From IMG/VR virus record IMGVR_UViG_3300025128_000022: a stretch of DNA of 64,000 nucleotides; one strand, written 5' to 3'. Both the position numbers and the translations under genes were made by a program. This DNA is from an uncultured virus (IMG/VR IMGVR_UViG_3300025128_000022) (lineage: Duplodnaviria; Heunggongvirae; Uroviricota; Caudoviricetes). The stretch's first letter is position 1. Every line of letters starts with the position of its first letter. Positions 1 to 9,769 of the stretch are shown here, piece by piece. The notes beneath the pieces were generated by a model. That model ran no database searches, was not told the origin of the DNA, and saw only the letters and a list, made by a program, of their open reading frames with translations.

Positions 1-930
1 GTGGAGAACATACTAAACATAGAGAATATTTTAAAACCTATAATTCAACAAAACAAAAGATTATTATTAATCTGCCCTGTGAGCGAAAATGTATTAAATA
101 CTTTAGCAGCTAATGTGATTAAGAAAAAACTAAATGTGTGTCAAATCTCTCCACCACAGTTTGGATATAAACAAAGAGAGCTTATGCAAGACATTGCTGT
201 TTCAGTTAATGCTACATATTTTTCTGAAAAGACTGGTGATGATTTAAGCCTTATAACTTTTAATGACTTAGGTCATGCTTCTAAGGTGATAGTTGGAAGC
301 GACTCTACAGTCATTATTAAAGACCCTGAAGTTACTGATGCTGTAGTAGAGGAAAGAGTAAAACAACTGTGGGACAGTCATAAGTTAGCGACAAAAAAAG
401 CAGATAAAGATTTTATCTTGTCTCGAATAGCATCTTTAACTGGGGGCATCGGTGTAATACACGTAGGAGGTCAAACAGATTTAGAACAAAAAGAATTATA
501 TGATAGAGTAGATGATGCAGTATGTGCGGTTCGCTCTGCATTAACAGAAGGTATATTACCAGGCGGAGGAACAGTATTATATAATATAGCAAAGATGTAT
601 GCTAATAAATCTAATGACCTTGACCAAAAAAATATTTCTAAAAAAATTGCTTACGCAATTTTAGGGGACGCTTTGAAAGCACCCCTGGAACAGATACTAG
701 ATAATGCTGGGTTAAAAGCCGAAGAAATATATGAAGGACTGTTAGACCCTAGGCACGGGTATGATGTTAAGAACGAAAGGTATGGGGATTTATTAGAGCT
801 TGGAGTTATAGACCCTCTTAAGGTTACTAAACATGCAATTAAAAATGCTGTATCAGTAGCCAACACAATTTTAAGTACTAATGCTATAATAACAATGGCA
901 AGAACATATGAAGCAAATGCAACCACTTAA
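1..930 (+). CDS. groEL: Chaperonin GroEL-like, 5'-truncated by window edge
   Basis: Motifs GGIGVIHVGG, DRVDDAVCAVRSALTEGILPGGG, GVIDPLKVT; N-terminal part absent. Confidence 0.95.
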   Translation: MENILNIENILKPIIQQNKRLLLICPVSENVLNTLAANVIKKKLNVCQISPPQFGYKQRELMQDIAVSVNATYFSEKTGDDLSLITFNDLGHASKVIVGSDSTVIIKDPEVTDAVVEERVKQLWDSHKLATKKADKDFILSRIASLTGGIGVIHVGGQTDLEQKELYDRVDDAVCAVRSALTEGILPGGGTVLYNIAKMYANKSNDLDQKNISKKIAYAILGDALKAPLEQILDNAGLKAEEIYEGLLDPRHGYDVKNERYGDLLELGVIDPLKVTKHAIKNAVSVANTILSTNAIITMARTYEANATT

Positions 931-1174
931 TAAATATATTGCAGTAGATATAATAGATGAAGAGATAACTACTGACTCAGGATTATTATTATCAGATAAA
1001 GACAAGGACTCACTTAGATACCGTAAAGCCAAAGTAATAAAACCTGGCACAGATGTTCCTACATTAAAAAGCGGAGATATAATATACTATGATAGTAGAA
1101 GCGGATATACAATGTTAATTGATAACAAACCTTGTACTATTATTTCTGAGAGAGACGTTGTTGTTGTCGTATAA
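908..1174 (+). CDS. groES: Co-chaperonin GroES-like
   Basis: MQPLNKYIAV...TTDSGLLL...KSGDIIYY...IISERDV pattern; follows groEL. Confidence 0.9.
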   Translation: MKQMQPLNKYIAVDIIDEEITTDSGLLLSDKDKDSLRYRKAKVIKPGTDVPTLKSGDIIYYDSRSGYTMLIDNKPCTIISERDVVVVV

Positions 1175-1571
1175 ACTTATTCATTTCTATAATAAAATTT
1201 CTATAGACTTTATCGCTATACGAAACTTTTCTTAAAAATATAGGATTATCTTTAGACGTAGGTATTTCTTCACCGTTTAATTTTTTATATATCCCATTGA
1301 TTACTCGTTTGGCTTTGTAAGATAACTGATAAAGAGCTTTTTCTTTTCCTGAACGTTTTCTAAACACCTCTATCCACTTGTCTCTCAGCAACTTATCAAA
1401 TCTATTAACGTTCCAGCTTAACAGTTCGTCAAACTCCCCAAACTTATCTTTACTAAAGTAGTCTTCTGAATATAAAAAAAGCAACATATCCAACTCACCC
1501 GTGGTTAAACCATACTTTGCTTTTACCCAATAACGTACAACCCTCCAGTATTTTAAATAATTAAATTGCAT
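1140..1571 (-). CDS. Putative winged-helix DNA-binding protein
   Basis: 143 aa; YGLTTGELDMLLFLY and LLRDKWIE...YQLSYKA resemble MarR-like wHTH; lone - strand gene in this block. Confidence 0.55.
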   Translation of the reverse strand: MQFNYLKYWRVVRYWVKAKYGLTTGELDMLLFLYSEDYFSKDKFGEFDELLSWNVNRFDKLLRDKWIEVFRKRSGKEKALYQLSYKAKRVINGIYKKLNGEEIPTSKDNPIFLRKVSYSDKVYRNFIIEMNKFIRQQQRLSQK

Positions 1572-1584
1572 TTTATTAAATTTG

Positions 1585-1592
1585 TATCTTTG
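1585..1592 (+). promoter_or_regulatory. Bacteroidota sigma70 -7 element TATCTTTG
   Basis: Matches TAnnTTTG; intergenic, 16 nt before ATG 1609. Confidence 0.75.
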
Positions 1593-1608
1593 TAAAAATA
1601 ATAAAATT

Positions 1609-1779
1609 ATGCCAGACGAAAAAGATTATAATTATTTAGCCGAGTGGAAAGCTAATGCTAAAAAAAATAAAAAGAAAACTACTAAGATGAAAAGAAAAAA
1701 AATCTTAGGATTAGGAACGTTGAATACTTTTGCATCTACTTACAAACCTAAAACACCAAAGAAAAATGCCGACAGTTAG
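1609..1779 (+). CDS. Small basic hypothetical protein
   Basis: ATG 1609 after promoter (track start 1582 overlaps the promoter); Lys-rich. Confidence 0.6.
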   Translation: MPDEKDYNYLAEWKANAKKNKKKTTKMKRKKILGLGTLNTFASTYKPKTPKKNADS

Positions 1780-1921
1780 TTATACTTGCCCAGACTCGGG
1801 TACTAAAAAGAAAAAAGTTTTTCCATACACCGCAGTGGGTAAAGCACAAGCGGATACATTTGCTAAACTTATGAAGGGTTCAAAGAAAAATAATCCTAAC
1901 AGATATATGAAAGGTTACTAA
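1766..1921 (+). CDS. Small basic hypothetical protein (MPTVSYTCPD...)
   Basis: ATG 1766; stop overlaps next ATG (TAATG). Confidence 0.65.
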   Translation: MPTVSYTCPDSGTKKKKVFPYTAVGKAQADTFAKLMKGSKKNNPNRYMKGY

Positions 1922-2076
1922 TGGCTAAGGGAAGAACAAAGAAAAAAGGAAATAAAATTTGTCCAGCAGGAATTGCATGGGCTAAAAGAACATTTGATAA
2001 ATACCCTTCGGCTTATGCTAATATGGCTGCTAGTAAATATTGTAAAGACCCTAACTACGCAAAAAAAAGTAAGTAA
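1921..2076 (+). CDS. Small basic Cys-containing protein (MAKGRTKKKGNKICPAG..., 51 aa), not in ORF track
   Basis: Read from sequence; TAATG overlaps at both ends. Confidence 0.75.
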   Translation: MAKGRTKKKGNKICPAGIAWAKRTFDKYPSAYANMAASKYCKDPNYAKKSK

Positions 2077-2306
2077 TGGGTGAATTAAAAAAATGGCGTG
2101 ACCAAAAATGGGTGCGCATAGGTACTGATGGTAAAATCAAAGGCCCTTGTGGTACCAGTAAAAATAAAAAAAACCCTGACAGATGTTTACCTTTAGCCAA
2201 AGCTAGAAGATTGTCAAAGAAAAAATTAGCAGCTACAGCTAAAAAGAAAAAAAGAGAAGGAGCAAAAGGGAAACAGTTTGTTAGAAATGTAAAAGGAGTT
2301 AGATAA
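2076..2306 (+). CDS. Small basic phage protein
   Basis: K/R-rich with two Cys; coupled start/stop. Confidence 0.75.
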   Translation: MGELKKWRDQKWVRIGTDGKIKGPCGTSKNKKNPDRCLPLAKARRLSKKKLAATAKKKKREGAKGKQFVRNVKGVR

Positions 2307-2602
2307 TGGCAAGAGCAAAAGCAAAACCAATTAGAAGAACTGTCGGTAAAGGCGGTAACTACAGAAAAACTAAAGCTGGTGCAGGTATGACAAAGAAGGG
2401 TGTGGCTGCATACCGTAAAGCAAATCCTGGTAGTAAGTTAAAAACCGCAGTAACAGGCAAAGTTAAAAAAGGAAGCAAAGCTGCTAAAAGAAGAAAGTCA
2501 TATTGTGCTCGAAGTTTAGGTCAATTAAAAAGAAGTAGCGCGGCTACAAGAAATGACCCTAACTCTAGAATCAGACAAGCAAGACGAAGATGGAAGTGCT
2601 AA
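2306..2602 (+). CDS. Small basic phage protein (RRKSYCARS...RRWKC)
   Basis: K/R-rich; motif recurrent in aquatic phage hypothetical proteins (possibly DUF6321-like). Confidence 0.75.
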   Translation: MARAKAKPIRRTVGKGGNYRKTKAGAGMTKKGVAAYRKANPGSKLKTAVTGKVKKGSKAAKRRKSYCARSLGQLKRSSAATRNDPNSRIRQARRRWKC

Positions 2603-2624
2603 AAGCATACAAAGAAAATATTAG

Positions 2625-2632
2625 TATCTTTG
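2625..2632 (+). promoter_or_regulatory. Bacteroidota -7 element TATCTTTG
   Basis: Intergenic, upstream of ATG 2655. Confidence 0.65.
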
Positions 2633-2654
2633 TCAAATAAATAATTCAGAAGTA

Positions 2655-2822
2655 ATGGCGAAAGACGGAAATTTTATACAAAAAGTTTTTGCAAATGCAA
2701 AACGTAGAGGAACATTAGGTGACTGTACAGGTAAAAAATTTGGTAGCAAATCTTGCCCTAAAGGGTCAAAGAAATACAATTTTGCTAAAATGATGAGAAA
2801 AATTAACAAAAAAAAGAAATAG
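2655..2822 (+). CDS. Small basic Cys-containing protein (MAKDGNFIQKVF..., 55 aa), not in ORF track
   Basis: Read from sequence; fills gap between + strand genes. Confidence 0.7.
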   Translation: MAKDGNFIQKVFANAKRRGTLGDCTGKKFGSKSCPKGSKKYNFAKMMRKINKKKK

Positions 2823-2824
2823 TT

Positions 2825-3028
2825 ATGGCAAAAAAGCAAGGATATAACGCAAGACTCGATGAGTCATTAGGCGCTAAGCACGGGAAAAAAAGTCAATCTT
2901 TAAAGTCACGTAGAGACGAAAGCAAAGGAATGGCTAAAAAAATGACTGGACACGCATATAGTGGAGACCACGGAATGGAGTATCACCACAATGTACACGA
3001 GCATTTAGGAAAGCTTATTAGAAAATAG
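2825..3028 (+). CDS. Small basic hypothetical protein
   Basis: ORF in packed operon; His-rich C-terminus. Confidence 0.7.
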   Translation: MAKKQGYNARLDESLGAKHGKKSQSLKSRRDESKGMAKKMTGHAYSGDHGMEYHHNVHEHLGKLIRK

Positions 3029-3029
3029 T

Positions 3030-3161
3030 ATGAAACAATTGTTATGTAAATTTCAGTGCGCTTGGAATTGGGTGTTTTCAAAATTAATGTTTGAAGTTTC
3101 TCAATGTCCATACAAATTATGCGCTTGTAAAAACCATCATTGTGAGGAGGAATCTAAGTAG
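3030..3161 (+). CDS. Small Cys-rich protein (MKQLLCKFQCAWNW..., 43 aa), not in ORF track
   Basis: Read from sequence; begins 2 nt after previous stop. Confidence 0.55.
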   Translation: MKQLLCKFQCAWNWVFSKLMFEVSQCPYKLCACKNHHCEEESK

Positions 3162-3321
3162 GAATAATCCTAGCAGAGGCTTGGGTGATTCTATAGAAAA
3201 AATAACTAGAGCTACTGGAATAAAAGCAGTGGTAGACAAAGTAAGTAAAGTAACGGAAAAGCCTTGCGGGTGTGATGAAAGAAGAGATACACTTAATAGA
3301 TTATTTCCATATAAAAAATAA
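3142..3321 (+). CDS. Hypothetical protein (GLGDSIEKIT...CGCDERR...LN)
   Basis: Motif common in Bacteroidota phages; start uncertain (GTG 3142 proposed). Confidence 0.65.
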   Translation: MRRNLSRNNPSRGLGDSIEKITRATGIKAVVDKVSKVTEKPCGCDERRDTLNRLFPYKK

Positions 3322-3327
3322 AAAAAT

Positions 3328-3870
3328 ATGTATTCAAAAATTCAAGTAAATACAGCTAATGCAATTGTAGTTCTAGCAAGCGACACAGTACCTATTCCAG
3401 ACCCAAACTCATTTACAGTTTCTAGTGCTGCGGGTGATGCATCTACGCAAGATAAGTTTTCAGATGCTACCCAAACATTTTTAACATCAGTTGTTGTGGG
3501 AGCAATTATATACGATACTACAGATGTAAGAGCATATCGTGTAACTGCTGTAGACAGCGATACAGTATTATCTGTCACTCCAAGTATTGTTGGAGCTTCA
3601 GGGACAGTTACTTATAAAATATACAACAAGCCATCTGAAGGCTGTGTTTTATGGGTAGGTTCAGATGTAGATGTAAAACAAGATATATCGGGAGCAGCAG
3701 CTGGAGTAACTGACCCTCGTTATGTAGATATAGATGTAGTAACTGTAGGTAATAACACAGTAAAATTTGAAAACGCAAAACTAGGAGAGTATTTACCAGC
3801 ACAAGTATTACAATTAAAAGAATCAAACACTACAGCAGAGTGTAGAGATAAATGCATAGCACTTTCGTAA
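3328..3870 (+). CDS. Hypothetical, possibly virion protein
   Basis: 180 aa beta-rich ORF. Confidence 0.6.
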   Translation: MYSKIQVNTANAIVVLASDTVPIPDPNSFTVSSAAGDASTQDKFSDATQTFLTSVVVGAIIYDTTDVRAYRVTAVDSDTVLSVTPSIVGASGTVTYKIYNKPSEGCVLWVGSDVDVKQDISGAAAGVTDPRYVDIDVVTVGNNTVKFENAKLGEYLPAQVLQLKESNTTAECRDKCIALS

Positions 3871-3873
3871 ATA

Positions 3874-4158
3874 ATGGCACAACAAATAGGAGAAGATACT
3901 AAAGTTACATTAGACCTAAAAACTATAAGTATGATTATTGGGTTTACTGTTTCGTTGTGTAGTATGTACTTTGTTTTACAAGCAGACATAGCTAAAGCTA
4001 TGGAGCTACCCGCGCCAGAAGTAACTAAAACAGAATTTACATACAAAGACCAAATAATTCGTGATGCTATTATGACGACTCAAGAAGATGTAAAAGAAAT
4101 GAAATCAACACTTGAAAAACTTGATGAACGTATTTTTGAATTAACCAATGAAAGATGA
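3874..4158 (+). CDS. Membrane-anchored coiled-coil protein
   Basis: One hydrophobic segment then heptad C-terminus. Confidence 0.6.
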   Translation: MAQQIGEDTKVTLDLKTISMIIGFTVSLCSMYFVLQADIAKAMELPAPEVTKTEFTYKDQIIRDAIMTTQEDVKEMKSTLEKLDERIFELTNER

Positions 4159-4493
4159 AACTGTGGATAGCTATATTATTGTTACTACCCACTCTTGCGT
4201 TTTCTCAATCTTATAAAGATGGCATAGTAGTCATTCAATTTTCGGCTGACTTTGTTCAAGCCAACGAAATAGATATAAGTAAGTTAGAAGGAGCAGACAT
4301 GCTTCGCTTATATTTAACTGAACATCCAAAAATTTTTAAAAAAGAAAATATAAAATATTTACCTACGGTGATTTTATTTCACAATGGTAATACTGTATTA
4401 AGAGTTGAAAGTGATATCTCTCTTAAGCTTCCTGATAATACATTAGAGATTATGCAGTTGCATATAAACAAGATTATTAAACGTAAATTTTAA
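4155..4493 (+). CDS. Secreted thioredoxin-fold-like protein without CxxC
   Basis: Signal peptide; VVIQFSADF and IKYLPTVILFHNG (cis-Pro motif). Confidence 0.55.
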   Translation: MKLWIAILLLLPTLAFSQSYKDGIVVIQFSADFVQANEIDISKLEGADMLRLYLTEHPKIFKKENIKYLPTVILFHNGNTVLRVESDISLKLPDNTLEIMQLHINKIIKRKF

Positions 4494-4495
4494 CT

Positions 4496-5776
4496 ATGGA
4501 CAAAAAAAAGAAGACTGAAAAGTTTGCTTTACACAGCATACTTTATATCGTAATAATTTACTTATTAGCTGCTCTTACTTTTAATGCGCAAGCACAAGTA
4601 ATTGTAGAACCATCCAATAAAGAAGTAAATAAATTAAAAAGAGGTTTTAAAAAACAAAATATGTTTTCAAAAGTATATGAAGATTTTTTAAAATACGGAA
4701 CCCTTTATATGGCGGGTGATGTAAGCAACCCATATCAAAAACAATCTATTGACTATATTGTTAGAACTAATCCTAGTGGTAGTTTGTATGATGTACCCGT
4801 AGTGCAAGATGCTACTGAGTATCACGAATTTGATTATCGTTATGGAATAGGAATAAGAAGAATAGCTAGGTTTGATTATGAAAATAAAGAAAAAGCTTAC
4901 TATGATGGAACTGAAAAAAATGTAGCATTATCTTCTCCAACAGCTGCATTTGATGGGTGGGAATATTTATTTCACTGGGAGAAAGAAAGGGAAAGAGGTG
5001 AGGTGTTTACTAATCACCGTTACTTTCTTAGGCATACTGGTAAAAATCACATTGTTAAACTCGAATCTAGAGAAGAAGGCAATGTAGGGTTTAAATATAA
5101 TTCAGCTGAAGTAAGGGCTAGATTACCTATAGGTAAAAAGTTTAGTATAAGCGCTGGTGTAATAGCTAGAACTCATGACCAAGCTTTTGGATATAATCCC
5201 GTGGAAATATGGTTAAATGAAACAGATGAAGACGGTTACGCATTAAATCCTTGGTACACTTTAGGGTTTGAATATGGTTATGATGATATATATTATAATC
5301 AAACAGACCAATTAGGTAATGAAATTTCAGATTGGTATTGGATAGACGAAGATGGAACAATAGTGGCTCATACGGATTTAGAATTTCGGGAGACAGTTTT
5401 TGCTGACTTAATGAATAGATATAACAGAGAGCAATGGGATTTACTTGATGCCTTTGCCGAAGTAGCACCGATTGTGGGTGCAGATTATTATTTGTATCGT
5501 GAGAAATTTTGGCTACATAGTTATGCAAATTATATATTACCATATCATAAATACTTTAAAGGCGATGAAGCTTTTAGTTATTTAAACAGAAATAACTGGG
5601 GGCTGGGAGGATTGAGAGAAGATTCTGAGTTAGAACAATGGGACGATTATCAGTTTGGACTAATACTGGGATGGAACCTCACAAATAAATTAGGTATTTT
5701 TGTAGAAGGTGAGTATACTAAATTTTGGGATACTGAAATTTTTAAATCAACAATAGGATTAAATATTGAATTATGA
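4496..5776 (+). CDS. Putative outer-membrane beta-barrel protein
   Basis: Signal peptide ending AQA; aromatic-rich alternating strands; C-terminal KSTIGLNIEL. Confidence 0.5.
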   Translation: MDKKKKTEKFALHSILYIVIIYLLAALTFNAQAQVIVEPSNKEVNKLKRGFKKQNMFSKVYEDFLKYGTLYMAGDVSNPYQKQSIDYIVRTNPSGSLYDVPVVQDATEYHEFDYRYGIGIRRIARFDYENKEKAYYDGTEKNVALSSPTAAFDGWEYLFHWEKERERGEVFTNHRYFLRHTGKNHIVKLESREEGNVGFKYNSAEVRARLPIGKKFSISAGVIARTHDQAFGYNPVEIWLNETDEDGYALNPWYTLGFEYGYDDIYYNQTDQLGNEISDWYWIDEDGTIVAHTDLEFRETVFADLMNRYNREQWDLLDAFAEVAPIVGADYYLYREKFWLHSYANYILPYHKYFKGDEAFSYLNRNNWGLGGLREDSELEQWDDYQFGLILGWNLTNKLGIFVEGEYTKFWDTEIFKSTIGLNIEL

Positions 5777-6231
5777 GAATAAGCAAGCATATTGCGTATG
5801 CAGAAGCTATACATTCTAACACTGCAAAGCGTAAAAGAATAGACAACACTCCTAATCCCACGCAAGTAGAAGCGATGCAGCTTACTGCTGAAGAAGTGTT
5901 TGAGCCATTGCGTGAATGGGTCGGAGGCCCAATAAAAGTAAATTCTTTTTTTAGGTCACCCGAACTAAATGAAAAAATTGGAGGTGTAGCTTCCAGCCAG
6001 CATTGTAAAGGACAAGCGATTGACCTGGATGATGTTTATGGGCACAAAAGCAATGCTGAAATGTTTCATTGGATTAAAGAAAATCTTTGTTTCGACCAAC
6101 TCATCTGGGAATTCGGAACTGACATGAACCCTAATTGGATTCATGTTTCTTTTGTTTCAAAAGAAGATAATAGAAATAGATGTTTAAAAGCATATAAAGA
6201 AGATTACAAAACTAAATATAAAACGATATGA
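5773..6231 (+). CDS. Endolysin, peptidase M15 family
   Basis: SFFRS, SSQHCKGQAID (H-x6-D) and WIHVS zinc motifs. Confidence 0.85.
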   Translation: MRISKHIAYAEAIHSNTAKRKRIDNTPNPTQVEAMQLTAEEVFEPLREWVGGPIKVNSFFRSPELNEKIGGVASSQHCKGQAIDLDDVYGHKSNAEMFHWIKENLCFDQLIWEFGTDMNPNWIHVSFVSKEDNRNRCLKAYKEDYKTKYKTI

Positions 6232-6632
6232 AAGAAATATTAGGAAAAATATTTGGAAGTGCAGCTCTTGAAGTAGGTGACAAGCTTACTGGTATGATTG
6301 ATAAGTTTGTGCACACAAAAGATGAAAAAGCTGCATTTGAAAAAGAAATGACTACTATGTTTATTAATGCAGAAGCTGAAATAGAAAAAAATATTTCTGA
6401 AAGATGGAAGGCAGATATGGCATCCGATAATAAACTTTCAAAGTCAGTGAGACCCCTGACACTAATATTTCTTTTTGTATCTACTGTTTTGCTTATTTTT
6501 GTTGACTCAGGATTTATTAACTTTGCAGTTGATGATGAGTGGAAAGAATTACTTAAAATGCTGCTAATAACAATTACCGCAGCATACTTCGGTGGACGTA
6601 GTTACGAAAAAGGAAAAAGATTAAAAAAATAA
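6228..6632 (+). CDS. Putative holin
   Basis: RW..DM..D..LSKSVRP, two TM helices, AYFGGRS; adjacent to endolysin. Confidence 0.7.
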   Translation: MKEILGKIFGSAALEVGDKLTGMIDKFVHTKDEKAAFEKEMTTMFINAEAEIEKNISERWKADMASDNKLSKSVRPLTLIFLFVSTVLLIFVDSGFINFAVDDEWKELLKMLLITITAAYFGGRSYEKGKRLKK

Positions 6633-6635
6633 TAA

Positions 6636-7358
6636 ATGGCAAAAATCAGTACATATGCAATTTCTACCCCTGTTGTTGATAATGACAAATGGATTGGAAC
6701 AGATGCAACTGCATTAAAAGAAACTAAAAATTTTACTGCAAAAGATGTAGCTATTTATTTAAATAATTTTAATAAAGTTGAATCGGATTCTTTAAGATAT
6801 AAGTATCAAAATTGGATATCAACAGATATAAGAGAAGCGGGAACAATTTCTTTTTCTACATCAGGAGAAGGGGATGTCTTGTTCAGTACTGTAACGGGAT
6901 TTATGCTAAGCAAGTATACAAAAAGTTTAGTGGATGTAAATTCTTTTTACAATAATCCTCTTGTTGGTTCTCAAGTGCTTATTTCACAATGTAAGAACAC
7001 TTCGGTGTTTGGTATATTTACATGGAACACCGCAGTTCAAGATGGAGCTGAACTAAATTTTTGGGATATTGGCTTGACTCACGTAGCAAGCAATGGAAGC
7101 TTAGAAAGTAATGAGGATTATTTTATATCTTTGTTGCAGTATAATGTGTCTGCGTCAGGCGGAGATAAAAATTACACAGAAGTGTTTGGTGCACCGCTTA
7201 CAACTTGGACGGTGAATCATAATTTAAACAAAAAACCTGCTGTTAGCTGTATTGATACTTCAGGAAATGAAGTTTATGGTTTGGTAGATTATATAAATGA
7301 TAATAAAGTAACAATCACCTTTAGCGCAGCGACAGGAGGAACAGTTACTTGTAATTAA
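6636..7358 (+). CDS. Virion/tail-associated protein
   Basis: MAKIS start; C-terminal WTVNHNLNKKPAV module. Confidence 0.6.
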   Translation: MAKISTYAISTPVVDNDKWIGTDATALKETKNFTAKDVAIYLNNFNKVESDSLRYKYQNWISTDIREAGTISFSTSGEGDVLFSTVTGFMLSKYTKSLVDVNSFYNNPLVGSQVLISQCKNTSVFGIFTWNTAVQDGAELNFWDIGLTHVASNGSLESNEDYFISLLQYNVSASGGDKNYTEVFGAPLTTWTVNHNLNKKPAVSCIDTSGNEVYGLVDYINDNKVTITFSAATGGTVTCN

Positions 7359-7372
7359 AAAAAGAAGAAAAA

Positions 7373-9745
7373 ATGGCAATAAATTTTTTAAATGCAGTAA
7401 GCATAGCGGGCAATTTAGATTTAAATGTAAATCAATTAGTCCAAGTTAGAATTGAAAACTTAACAAGCAATCCAGCTGGAACAGGTGGTAGAATCTATTA
7501 CAATTCTACAGACGGTTCATTAAGATATTATAATGCTGACGGTTCATCATGGATAACTTTAGATGGAACAGGTGATGTTGATTCTATTGCAGTAGCAAAC
7601 GGAGGAACATCTTCAGGTACAGCATTAAGCGTTAATAGTTCTACAGGAGCTGTAACGATTAGTTCTCTTGCATATGGAGGAACAACAAATGTTGGTCATG
7701 TGCCAACTGGAGGTTCTGCCTCAACATTCTTAAGAGGTGATGGTACTTGGGTAACACCTGGAGGAACTTATTCTTCTTGGACTTTAGGCGCTGATTCAAC
7801 CGCAGGGACAAACACAGTATCTGATGGAGAAACAGCAACATTTACTGGTGGAACTGGTATAGATACATCATTATCAACAAGAACAGTTACATTTAATTTA
7901 GATTTAAATGAGCTTAGTACAGCAACAGCTGTAGCAACGGATTATGTGGCGATAGTAGATGTAACTGATAATTCTAGTAAAAAAGCATTGATAAGTGACA
8001 TAGTTGCTTTAGTGCCTCAAGGTGATGTAACAGCTGTAACAGCTTCTACTGATGACGCGAAAAAAGGTATTACAGTAGCAAATAGCACTGGCCCTATTCC
8101 TGATGTAGGCTTAGATATTATTGGTCAAACAAATTTAGGGGCTACAGCAGCCACTGACGATGAGCTAATTCTTTATGATTTAAGCACAACAACAAACAAG
8201 TCAATTACAGTTGCAAATCTTTTAGCAGCTGCTCCACAAGGAGATATAACAGGATTGACAGAAGGCGCGGGTATTACAATTACTAACGCAACTGGCCCTG
8301 TACCTACAATAGCTATTGATTATGCTGGCGCAGACAATATTATATTAGAAGCAACTGATGATACTGGTAATTCAGTAGGTACAAGTGATAAAATTATGAC
8401 TAGTAATAATTCTAGTAATGCAGTAGAATATCACAATGTTTCTGATTTACCATTTACAAATAATGCTGGTGATATTACAAATGTTACTGCTGGTACGTAT
8501 TTAAATGGTGGTGGCGCTTCAGGTAGTGTCACCCTAAATCACGATACTACAAATAGAAGTGATACAACGACTTCAGCTTCACCTGGTTCAGGAGGAACTT
8601 TAGATGTAGTTGATAGTGTAACAACAAACGCAACTGGACACATTACTGGAATCAATGTGGAAACAGTAACTTTCCCAACTTCAGATAATTATGGTAGTTG
8701 GACTGTAGCAGATAGTGGAGGTAATTCTTCCACGGTAAGTTCAGGACAAACTGCAACATTTGAGCCTACAGCGAATCAAACAACTGTTTCCGAAAGCGGT
8801 AGAACTGTTTCAATAGGATTAGCTACAAATGTAACAATACCAGGAGACTTAACAGTTGGTGGTGGTGATATTACTTTAACAGGAACTGGAAGAATTACAG
8901 GTGTTGATACGGTTACAGCTTCGACTGATGCAGCTTCAAAAGGATATGTAGATAGTGCGGTAAGTGGACAATTAGTATTTCAAGGGGGATACGATGCATC
9001 AGCTGACCCACCAACGGGAGCTAGTGTATTAACTGGTTATACATACGTGGTAACTGTAGCGGGAAGTGGTTCAGGTGGAACATTCTGGTCAGTTCCATTA
9101 GAGATTGGAGATTTAATTATTTCTAACCAAGATAACCCAACAGATGAAGGTGATTGGACGGAAGTTAACAAGAATATTAGTTTAGCTACAACTACTACAG
9201 TTGGTGTAGCATCATTTAGCTCAGACAACTTTGCTGTTAGTGCGGCAGGTGCGGTAACCATTAAAAACAATGGGGTAATACTAGGAACAGAAACTACAGG
9301 TAACTATACAGCTACCGTAGCAGCATCAAGTGCAAATGAATTAAAAGGTATATCAGTAACGGGAGCTACAGGTGAAGGTCAAGCAGCAGTTGTTGGACTA
9401 GACATTGATGGGCAAACTGGACTTACAACTCCATCTACTGCTGATGAACTTATAATTCACGATGCAGCAAATGACACTAATAAGAAAATTACTTATGGTA
9501 ATTTATTAGGCGGAATGGTAAATGATAATTCATTTGCAGGCACTTTCCCAAGTGTTGACGCATCTACATTTACAGTATCGCATGGATTAACTAGTGAAGA
9601 CGTTATAGTTCAAATATATAGAATTTCTGATGGAGCTACAGTATTTGCTCAGGTGGAAAGAACTAGTTCGTCATTAGTAACAGTCACTTGCTCGTCTACA
9701 CAAACAGCTAGTACTTTAAGAGTATTATGTACTAAGTGTGTATAG
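7373..9745 (+). CDS. Tail fibre-like protein
   Basis: 790 aa G/T/S/A-rich with internal repeats. Confidence 0.7.
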   Translation: MAINFLNAVSIAGNLDLNVNQLVQVRIENLTSNPAGTGGRIYYNSTDGSLRYYNADGSSWITLDGTGDVDSIAVANGGTSSGTALSVNSSTGAVTISSLAYGGTTNVGHVPTGGSASTFLRGDGTWVTPGGTYSSWTLGADSTAGTNTVSDGETATFTGGTGIDTSLSTRTVTFNLDLNELSTATAVATDYVAIVDVTDNSSKKALISDIVALVPQGDVTAVTASTDDAKKGITVANSTGPIPDVGLDIIGQTNLGATAATDDELILYDLSTTTNKSITVANLLAAAPQGDITGLTEGAGITITNATGPVPTIAIDYAGADNIILEATDDTGNSVGTSDKIMTSNNSSNAVEYHNVSDLPFTNNAGDITNVTAGTYLNGGGASGSVTLNHDTTNRSDTTTSASPGSGGTLDVVDSVTTNATGHITGINVETVTFPTSDNYGSWTVADSGGNSSTVSSGQTATFEPTANQTTVSESGRTVSIGLATNVTIPGDLTVGGGDITLTGTGRITGVDTVTASTDAASKGYVDSAVSGQLVFQGGYDASADPPTGASVLTGYTYVVTVAGSGSGGTFWSVPLEIGDLIISNQDNPTDEGDWTEVNKNISLATTTTVGVASFSSDNFAVSAAGAVTIKNNGVILGTETTGNYTATVAASSANELKGISVTGATGEGQAAVVGLDIDGQTGLTTPSTADELIIHDAANDTNKKITYGNLLGGMVNDNSFAGTFPSVDASTFTVSHGLTSEDVIVQIYRISDGATVFAQVERTSSSLVTVTCSSTQTASTLRVLCTKCV

Positions 9746-9769
9746 TAGGAGAGTTTAATTAAATAAAAT

